DNA of 32,000 bases, taken from assembly GCA_942493095.1 (NCBI GenBank), contig OW818675.1:690001-722000 (forward strand), read 5' to 3'. Origin of the DNA: Candidatus Electronema halotolerans. Lineage in GTDB: Bacteria; Desulfobacterota; Desulfobulbia; Desulfobulbales; Desulfobulbaceae. Under the pieces are notes generated by a model. That model saw only the letters and a program-made list of their open reading frames with translations, did not search any database and was not told where the DNA came from. The position numbers and the translations under genes are program-made. Of this stretch, positions 24,867 to 32,000 are shown piece after piece. Every line of letters begins with the position of its first letter. Positions within the stretch are counted from its first letter, which is position 1.

Positions 24867-24920
24867 AGCAGCACCTTTTGTTGTTGATTGGCATGTTGGG
24901 CCGGATTGAGCGGCGGGCGG

Positions 24921-25442
24921 TCAGACAGTCTTTTCTTCTCCCTGCGGCAAAATTTTCCGCAGCAGGAGCAGGCTGTCCGGGGTGAAGAGTTCCTGCGCAG
25001 CCAGCTCCTCCACCTTGGCAGGCGGCAGGAACTGGCCGGACTCCACCTCTTCGGCCTGAAGGGTGAATGGCCCCTCGCTGCGGCAGCGGAAAATTCGGCC
25101 CCAGACCTGGTTGCCCGCGTCCTCGCAATAGTGATCAAAGAGAGCTTCCAGCTTCACTTTACGCAGCCCCAGCTCCTCAGCCAGCTCCCGCTCCGCCGCC
25201 GCCTCATAGCTTTCCCCGGCCAAAACCACCCCGCCTGCGGCTGCATCCCAATAACCGGGGTAAATATCCTTGCTTTTGGTGCGCTTCTGAATGAACAGCT
25301 CTCCAGCGGCATTGAAGACAAAAATATAGCAGGCCCGATGAATGAGCTGCTGGCTGCGCATCAGGCTGCGAGTGACTGCCGCGATCTCCCGGTTGTCCTG
25401 ATCAACAATCTGAACGATTTCCTCTTCAGGCGGCGCAGTCAT
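24921..25442 (-). CDS. NUDIX hydrolase
   Basis: The NUDIX box GGVVLAGESYEAAAERELAEELGL fits GX5EX7REUXEEXGU. The start is set at the ATG at 25442, which is preceded by GGAAGAGGA. Confidence 0.85.
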   Translation of the reverse strand: MTAPPEEEIVQIVDQDNREIAAVTRSLMRSQQLIHRACYIFVFNAAGELFIQKRTKSKDIYPGYWDAAAGGVVLAGESYEAAAERELAEELGLRKVKLEALFDHYCEDAGNQVWGRIFRCRSEGPFTLQAEEVESGQFLPPAKVEELAAQELFTPDSLLLLRKILPQGEEKTV

Positions 25443-27637
25443 TGTCCTCTTCCTCGTCTGTCCGGTGGCGGAACTGCCAGCAGCGGTGCGGCGGCCTGCT
25501 GTCGGCAAAATCTTTGGGAATGGTCTGCTCGGTGATTTCGCTGACCGAAAAGTCCAGCTCTACTTCCGGGTCCAATTTAAATTTCTTGAAATTGGTCGAA
25601 AAAATCAACGTGCCGTCCGCAGCCAGCCGCTGCATGGCCAAGCGCAGCAGTTCCGGGTGATCCTTCTGGACATCAAAAACCAGCCCCTTGTGCCGGGAAT
25701 TGGCAAAGGTGGGCGGATCAACAAAAATCAGGCCGTACTGCTCCTTGCAGGACTTGAGCCAGGTCAGGCAGTCGGCCTCAACAAACTGATGCAGCGGGCC
25801 GCCAAAACCGTTCAGGGACATGTTGGCCTGAGCGCGGCTCAAATAGTTCTCAGACAGATCAACAGTTTTCGTTGACACAGCCCCGCCTGCCGCCGCATGG
25901 ACGGTGGCCGAGCCGGTGTAGGCGAACAGATTGAGGAAAGTTCTACCCTGCGCCTGTTCCGCGAGCATGGCTCTGGTGCGGCGGTGATCCAGGAACAGAC
26001 CTGTGTCCAAGTAATCGCTGAAATTGACCCAAAAAGCGACAGCCGCCTTCCCGCACCTCGTGCAGCCTGCCGCTGTCGCCTTTTTTCTGATACTGCTCCT
26101 TGCCCTTCTGCCGTTCCCGGCTTTTGATGAAAATGCTGGAATGGGGCAGCTGAAGCAGATGACGGAGCACGAGCAGGGCCTGATTGAGCCGCTCCTTGGC
26201 CTTTTCCGGCGGCACGGAAGAGGGTGGCGCATATTCCTGGACATGGGCCCACTGCTCGTACAAATCAATTGCCAGATTGAATTCGGGAATATCAGCATCA
26301 TAGATGCGGAAGCAGGTGATGCTCCGCTCCTCTACCCACGGAAACAGGCTCAGGCAGTTCTTGCGCAGTCGGTTGCTGAAATCTTGGGCTGGCAGAGCAG
26401 GATCAGTGTCCTGCACCGTCCAAGGATGCAGTTCTTCCGAATCTGCGCGCTCTGCCGGGACTGAGCCGCAGAGCAGACGGCATTTGATCGGGCCGTTGTG
26501 CAGGCGATGCCGATCCTGCCAGGCAATGCCAAGCATGTCAGCCAAGTCAGGATTGGCAGTGAAAAAACCGAGCTGCCAGCCTGCGAACTGCGTCCGAACA
26601 AGACGGCCAAAGCAGCGGTACAGGTATTTGACCGCCTCTTTTTCTGAAAGCCGCTCGCCGTAGGGCGGATTGGCAATGAGCAGGCCTTTGGCCGCTGGAG
26701 GCCGCAGCTTGGCCAGCTGCCGCTGCTTGACCGTGATCCGGTCTGCCAGTCCGGCATTGATGATGTTCTTGCGGGCCGCAGCCACAGCCTTGGGATCAGC
26801 GTCATAGCCGATCAGCAGCGGCCAGTTGCTTTCCGCCAGCTGGTCTTCCCGGTCCAAAGCCTCGGCAGTCAGCTTTTCCCAGAGCTTGGCATTATGACCG
26901 TGCCAGGCCATGAAGCCGAAGCTGTCGCGGAGCAGGCCGGGCGCAGAATCGCCAAGGATCAGGGCCGCCTCGATCAGCAGAGTGCCGGAGCCGCACATCG
27001 GGTCCAGCAGGCAGCTGTCCGGCGCCATGCCGGGCCGCACTCCGGCCATATAGACAATGGCGGCGGCCAGACTCTCTTTCAGCGGTGCCTCAACCGACTC
27101 TGTCCGGTAGCCCCGGCGGTGCAGGCTCTCGCCGGACAGGTCCAAGGACAGGGTGGCCTCAGTGCCGCTGACGTGGAGATTGATGCGGATGTCCGGGGTC
27201 TGCGCATCCACATCAGGCCGCCGACCGTCCTGCCGCCGAAACTGATCCACAATTGCGTCCTTGACCCTGAGAGCCGCATACTGGCTGTGACTGAGCAGCG
27301 ACTTGACCAAGGTGCAGCTTACGGCAAAGGTGTTGCCGGGATTGAAATGTCTGCCCCAGTCAATTGTCATGGCCCCAGCATAGACAGCGTCCGGGTCGCC
27401 TGCCTCAAAGCTGGCAAGCTGTAGCAGAATGCGGGAGGCGAAGCGGGACCAGAGGCAGGCCCGGTAGGCGGATTCCAAGTTGCCTGCCTGCCAGCGCACC
27501 GCGCCAGGCGCGCTGATCACCTCTGTTGCGCCAAAGGACAGCAGCTCCTCTTGGACCAGCTCTTCCAGCCCGGCTCCGCAGGTGGCGGCAAAATATAACG
27601 TTTCCCGTTTTTTAGATCGTAAGCGGACCTTGCTCAT
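25426..27637 (-). pseudogene. rlmL: 23S rRNA methyltransferase RlmKL (RlmL/RlmK fusion) split by a 1-nt frameshift
   Basis: The N-terminal ORF (25943..27637) has THUMP and methyltransferase motifs up to ...RERQKGKEQYQKKGDSGRLHEVREGGCRF. The homologous continuation WVNFSDYLDTGLFLDHR...FLNLFAYTGSATVHAA...IFVDPPTF is in the other ORF (25426..26301). The frames switch at the A5 run at 26031-26035. Confidence 0.85.
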
Positions 27638-27781
27638 ACGCTGGCCTTGTTGTGTTGCTGTTGTGCCTGAGCTTGGCGGACGGCCAAGAGAAGCAGTTGC
27701 CTTTTCCTTCTGTAAAACGGCATGAATGCAGAAATCAAGATATACGAAGCAGGCCTTTTTTCCAAATAAAAAAAGCCGGAC

Positions 27782-29836
27782 TCATTGACTGGACTGCTCC
27801 GGGGCAGGCGCCTCTGGAATGGTGATCAGCAGCCAGGCCCCTTCATTTTCGCGTCCGTCCATGCTCACGGTGCAGTTCATGGCAGTGAGCATTTTCCGCA
27901 CAATGGTCAGGCCCAAGCCGGTGCCGTTGATTCTGGTGGTGAAAAAAGGCGTGAAGAGCTTCTTCTTGGTCTGTGGGCTGATGCCGCAGCCATTGTCCTG
28001 AAAGCGGAGCTGAATGAAGTTCCGTCTTTTGCGGGTCAGATACATGAACATGGCTGGATTCTTCTGTTTTTTCAAGGCATGGATTGAATTGGCGAGCAGA
28101 TTGAGCAGGACCTGATGCAATGCCCGCTCGTCAATCAGGCCATAGATCGGCGCGCCGACAGCGATCACGTCAAACTGGATGCCCTGCTGCCGCAGTTCCG
28201 GCTCATGCAGCCGCTGAAACCGCTCTAGAAAGGCGGCCAGCTCCACCGGGACAAGCTGCTGCTCCTCCAGCTGATTGAAGTTTTTCAGGGAATAGAGCAG
28301 ATACTCCATCCGTCCGATCTCTCCCATTGCCCGGTCAAGAAATTCTTTGATCTTGTCCGGGCTGAGACTGCCAACCTGCCGCCGCAGCACACTGAGGGCC
28401 ATTTTCAGCGAATTGAGCGGATTGCCCAGCTCATGGCGGATGCCGGCAAAGACAAAGCCGACATTTTCCATCAAATTGGCGGCCTCGGCAATAGCCTCCA
28501 GCCGTTTCTTCTCAGTCTGGTCATGTTTGATGATGCAGAAACTGCCTGCTTGGCCCTGTGTCCCTTGAACCGGCACCACGGTCACGGCCTCATCATAGAG
28601 CGTGTCGTCCTTGTGACGGCTGCGCATAGCGCCGCGCCATTCTCCATGCAGCCGCGCCTGGTCCAGCATTTCCGCGCAGTTGGTCCGGCCCGGCTCTTCA
28701 AACTGAATTTCGCTCAAGTTCAGTCCGGCCAGTTCTTCCGGCTGCCAGCCAGTCACTTTGCCGCTGGCCGGATTGGCATAAAAAATGCAGCCGTCCTCAT
28801 CGGTCATGAGAACGCAGTCGGCAAAATGACTGATCGCGGCGGCCAGCCGCAGCCGCTCGCCTGATTCAAAGTTCCGCTGCATGGCCGCGCCAATAATATC
28901 TGCGGAAATCATCATGGCCCGGACTAAGGAGCTATCCCAAGACCGTCTGCTCAGGCTGTCAAAGCCGAGACAGCCATGCAGCCTCTGATCGACATAGAGC
29001 GGCAGAATCAGACAGGAGCGGATCTGATGCTGGGCCAAAGTGCTGATCATGGTCTCAGGCAGACTGCTGTCCAAGCCGCTGATGAGCGGCTGTCCGGCCT
29101 TGAGCAACGCGGTCGGCCAGCGCCAGGAAGCGAGCAGGTCAATGCTGGGGCGGCCCGGCGCATATCCTTTCCGCGCCCAGCGAAAATCTTGCCGCTTGAC
29201 CTGACTGTCAGCAAAGATGCGCAGATAGACATGATCGCAGTTGGCGGCTTGGCCAAGCTGGCCGAGCACCGCGTCAATGATGTTCTGCCAATGGCTGGTC
29301 TGGAGAAAGGACTTGGCCACGCAGTTGACAGCGCAGAGAACCTGATCGCGCTGGAGCAGGTTGCGGCGCACCTGCTCCTGAATGATCAGCGATTCTTTCA
29401 GGCGTTGGTTGGCAGCGGCCAGCTCATCAGCCTTGAGCTGCAGATGTTCTTTGGCCGCACTGACTTGGAGAATGTTTTCCACCCGGACGCAGAGCCGCGC
29501 CCGGCTGATCGGCTTGCGGAGAAAATCTGCCGCGCCCTCGCCAAAACTGCGCAGCTCGGTGTCATCCTCCTCCGCCGCAGTGAGAAAAATCACTGGAATG
29601 CTGCTGGTCGCGGCATCGCCCTTCAGCTCGCGGCAGATTGTAAAGCCGGAAATATCCGGCAGGTTGATGTCCAAAAGAATCAGGTCCGGCTGTTCTGTTC
29701 TGGCCCGGCCAAGCCCGACCTGTCCAGTCGCCGCCTCCAAGACGCTGTGCCCCTCCTGTTCCAGGACCTGCCGCAGCAGGACCAGAATGGCAGGTTCGTC
29801 GTCAACAGCAAGAATGCAGGCTGGGCCGGTTTTCAT
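27782..29836 (-). CDS. Hybrid sensor kinase: REC-(coiled coil)-GAF-PAS-HisKA-HATPase
   Basis: An N-terminal receiver domain (ILAVDDEPAIL...DLILLDINLPDISG...), a GAF-like region, a PAS domain (...CIFYANPASGKVTGWQPEEL), the H-box IRHELGNPLNSL, and a C-terminal ATPase with N and G boxes (DNGCGI...GTGLGL). The start is taken at the Met at 29836, although no clear SD precedes it. Confidence 0.8.
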   Translation of the reverse strand: MKTGPACILAVDDEPAILVLLRQVLEQEGHSVLEAATGQVGLGRARTEQPDLILLDINLPDISGFTICRELKGDAATSSIPVIFLTAAEEDDTELRSFGEGAADFLRKPISRARLCVRVENILQVSAAKEHLQLKADELAAANQRLKESLIIQEQVRRNLLQRDQVLCAVNCVAKSFLQTSHWQNIIDAVLGQLGQAANCDHVYLRIFADSQVKRQDFRWARKGYAPGRPSIDLLASWRWPTALLKAGQPLISGLDSSLPETMISTLAQHQIRSCLILPLYVDQRLHGCLGFDSLSRRSWDSSLVRAMMISADIIGAAMQRNFESGERLRLAAAISHFADCVLMTDEDGCIFYANPASGKVTGWQPEELAGLNLSEIQFEEPGRTNCAEMLDQARLHGEWRGAMRSRHKDDTLYDEAVTVVPVQGTQGQAGSFCIIKHDQTEKKRLEAIAEAANLMENVGFVFAGIRHELGNPLNSLKMALSVLRRQVGSLSPDKIKEFLDRAMGEIGRMEYLLYSLKNFNQLEEQQLVPVELAAFLERFQRLHEPELRQQGIQFDVIAVGAPIYGLIDERALHQVLLNLLANSIHALKKQKNPAMFMYLTRKRRNFIQLRFQDNGCGISPQTKKKLFTPFFTTRINGTGLGLTIVRKMLTAMNCTVSMDGRENEGAWLLITIPEAPAPEQSSQ

Positions 29837-30139
29837 GAGAACTGTTGGTTGTCCGCGCAGCAGTCGCGGCACTCCTGATCTGCTGTTTTGGACAGATTTC
29901 TGTTTATTTTGCCAAGACAGGCTGCTAACATGAGACGCATGAAGATGCAGGAAGGCTGTCTTGCTCCGCAGGCAATTCCGCGCCACAAAAGTCTGCGGAT
30001 TGCTGATCAGCTTGAAAAAAATACTATAACCGCCGTTGCCGACAAAGACAATGCCGCATGCACCGGCCTTGCCGACTCTGACATCAACAGCGCATGTCGG
30101 CTTTCTGCCGCCAGCGGCGCGGCAGGGGAAGAGCCGCAG

Positions 30140-31297
30140 ATGACCATGAAGCAGGTGATGATTGTTGACGATGAGCCGGAGCTGCTTCTCAGCATCCGTT
30201 CCGGCTTTGAAAACAATCAGTGTTTTCAGGTTGTCACCGCAGAGAACGGCAGGGATGCCCTTGACATTCTCGAACGCGGCTCAGTTGATCTGGCTGTCAT
30301 TGATCTGCGGATGCCGGTCATGGACGGCATTGAGCTGCTCTCGATCATGAACGAGTCCTTCCCTGAGGTGCCGCATCTTGTCATGACCGCCTTTGGCACG
30401 CCGATGATCGAAAAGCAGCTCAAAAAGGCGGGCGCGCTCAATGTGCTGGAAAAGCCTTTTGATATTGATGTGCTCGAAGAGGCGATCTGCAAGGCATTGG
30501 CTGAGAATAAGGAGCGGAGCAGCAGCCTGTCCGGCCTCTCGCTCGCCAGCCTGCTCCAGCTTGTGGCGATGGAGCAGAAAACCCTGCACATCAAGGTCTT
30601 TCATCCGGCAGGCAAGAACGGCAGCCTTTTTTTCCGCGAAGGCACGCTGATTGATGCGGAACAGGACGAGCTGGGCGGCGATGAGGCGGTGTTGGAGATG
30701 CTGCGCTGGGACAAGGTCAGGGTGGGGATGAAGGAATTTTCCGATCCTCCCTCCTCCTCAAGAATGCAGTCGCAGCTCATGGCGCTGCTCTTCACGGCGG
30801 CCCAGCGCGAGGACGACTGCTGCGGGGAGGACAGCTGCGAATGCTCTTTGGAGGCGGCCAAGCAGGAGCTGGCGCGGATCACAGAACAACAACATCAACC
30901 AAGGTCTCGGAACAGCGGAGGAGGAATCATGGGCATTAAGGAAGTGCTGAAGAAAATGGCGGATGAACTGGACGGGGTGCTGGCGATTCAGGTGACTGGC
31001 ATGGACGGCATCAACCTTGCCCTGCACAATCCCACTGGCACGGATGTGGAGGCGTTTTCAGCCAAGTTTGCCATGGTGCTCAAGCTGGTGGAGAAATCCG
31101 TGGATTCGCTCAAAGGCATGGGCGAGCTGGAGGAGAATCTGGTCCAGACCAAGAATGCCTGGATTCTGAGCCGTTTCATCACGCCGCAGTATTATATCGG
31201 CATTGCGGTCAGCCGGGAAAGCACCCTCGGCAATGTGCGGCTGGTCGGTCAGCGATACATTGCCCAGCTCCGCAAGCTGCTGGCCGCGCCGGAGTGA
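30140..31297 (+). CDS. Response-regulator receiver + PATAN (DUF4388) + Roadblock/LC7 (MglB-like) fusion protein
   Basis: REC domain: VMIVDDEPELL...DLAVIDLRMPVMDG...VLEKPF. DUF4388 domain: LSGLSLASLLQLVAMEQKTLHIKV...GSLFFREGTLIDAE...GDEAVLEMLRWDKV. A Cys-rich linker is followed by a 122-aa Roadblock-like domain (DGVLAIQVTGMDGINLA...). An in-frame internal ATG at 30929 is preceded by GGAGGAGGA. Confidence 0.7.
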   Translation: MTMKQVMIVDDEPELLLSIRSGFENNQCFQVVTAENGRDALDILERGSVDLAVIDLRMPVMDGIELLSIMNESFPEVPHLVMTAFGTPMIEKQLKKAGALNVLEKPFDIDVLEEAICKALAENKERSSSLSGLSLASLLQLVAMEQKTLHIKVFHPAGKNGSLFFREGTLIDAEQDELGGDEAVLEMLRWDKVRVGMKEFSDPPSSSRMQSQLMALLFTAAQREDDCCGEDSCECSLEAAKQELARITEQQHQPRSRNSGGGIMGIKEVLKKMADELDGVLAIQVTGMDGINLALHNPTGTDVEAFSAKFAMVLKLVEKSVDSLKGMGELEENLVQTKNAWILSRFITPQYYIGIAVSRESTLGNVRLVGQRYIAQLRKLLAAPE

Positions 31298-31324
31298 GGC
31301 TGAACGGCACCCTCAGCCGATTGT

Positions 31325-32000
31325 TCAGCAGCCAGTTTCCGCACCACATCCTGTGCAGCACCTCTTGCTGCCGCAATGCACCAGATATTCCTGCACGGCG
31401 GCAGCACTCATGAGTGAAGCAGGCAAAGCCGCACATAAGACCGCAGCATCCTTGCCCTCCTCCAAGCTGCCGAGCTGCCGCTCCAAACCAAGAGCCATTG
31501 CCCCGCCCAGCGTCGCCATCCGCACAATGTCTGCCGGATCAACGCTGGGATGCGCTTCAGCCAGCAGGCGCATTTCCCGCCAGAGGGACAGCTCCGGGTT
31601 GCTGGTCAGGCTGTCTGTGCCGAGCGCGGGCAGCATTCCCTGCCGCAGCAGGCGGCCCGCCGGAGCCATGCCCAAGCCCAGATACGCATTGCTGCCCGGA
31701 CAGAGGCAGACTTTGGCCTCAGCCGCTGCCAGCAGAGCAATTTCCTCCTCAGTCAGATGCAGACAGTGGACACAGAGCGTCCTGCTGTCCAAGAGGCCGT
31801 GCTGATGCAGATAGGTCACGGCCCCGCCTTCTCTGCCCAAGGGCTGGAAGGTGCCGTCCCACACCCCGTGCTCTTCAAGAAAGACCCGCATCTCACCGCT
31901 GCCAGTGCGCAGCAGCTCGATCTCTGCGGCTGATTCAGCGGTATGAATCGGAAAGACATGGCCGAGCCGGGCAGCCCGCGCTTTCAGGCTGCGCAGCAGG
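31325..32000 (-). CDS. Amidohydrolase-superfamily deaminase/chlorohydrolase-like protein. Partial: the N-terminus lies beyond the window end.
   Basis: ...HVFPIHTAESAAEIE...LCVHCLHLTEEEI...LCPGSNAYLG...LGTDSLTSNP... is the typical metal-dependent amidohydrolase pattern (MtaD/SsnA-like). The frame stays open through 32000. Confidence 0.7.
   Translation of the reverse strand, partial: LLRSLKARAARLGHVFPIHTAESAAEIELLRTGSGEMRVFLEEHGVWDGTFQPLGREGGAVTYLHQHGLLDSRTLCVHCLHLTEEEIALLAAAEAKVCLCPGSNAYLGLGMAPAGRLLRQGMLPALGTDSLTSNPELSLWREMRLLAEAHPSVDPADIVRMATLGGAMALGLERQLGSLEEGKDAAVLCAALPASLMSAAAVQEYLVHCGSKRCCTGCGAETGC

Noticed and set aside
29887-29903. Sigma-54-like element tggacagatttctgttt upstream of the REC-PATAN gene, and tggcagtaccgattca at 21615-21630
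   Set aside because: Both have the GG but miss the -12 GC (TGT and TTC instead of TGC). No cognate enhancer-binding protein is present in the window. The matches are too weak to call.

Overview
The window has two parts.

(1) 1 to about 8.2 kb is an AT-richer accessory region.
- A partial IS5-family element has its transposase gene cleanly split by a nested 1264-bp IS4-family-like IS (19-bp perfect TIRs, 10-bp TSD).
- An IS1-family-like element follows, with an A9 run between orfA and orfB.
- Next is a ~5-kb toxin-antitoxin island with six modules: RelE fragment/antitoxin; Phd-YoeB-like; VapB-VapC, whose toxin is split by a 125-bp MITE; BrnT-BrnA; PIN-RHH; and YefM-YoeB.
- Interleaved with these are a REP-associated tyrosine transposase (RAYT) gene carrying an in-frame TAA, 30-bp perfect REP palindromes, three orphan copies of an ~85-nt antitoxin 3' module, and a second MITE-like element.

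(2) About 8.2 to 32 kb is GC-richer core sequence.
- In order: mltG, lon, a hexapeptide-repeat protein, clpB, fhs, an AT-rich gap with a self-contained 60-aa gene, an ornithine-decarboxylase-like gene, and gabD.
- Then: a 726-aa secreted collagen-like protein (103 uninterrupted GXY triplets flanked by two copies of an unrecognised domain), a DUF3365 heme-c/HAMP protein, and a NUDIX hydrolase.
- Then: rlmKL split by a 1-nt homopolymer frameshift, a REC-GAF-PAS histidine kinase, a divergent REC-PATAN-Roadblock fusion, and a partial amidohydrolase.

I found no rRNA, tRNA or CRISPR array, and I did not recognise a complete novel multi-gene system. The best leads are the collagen-like protein, the repeated antitoxin-3'/REP module with a covarying hairpin, the MITE-disrupted vapC, and the REC-PATAN-Roadblock fusion. 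Gene content suggests a Desulfobacterota-like genome, but this is inference only. All product calls rest on motif recognition by eye, not on database searches.
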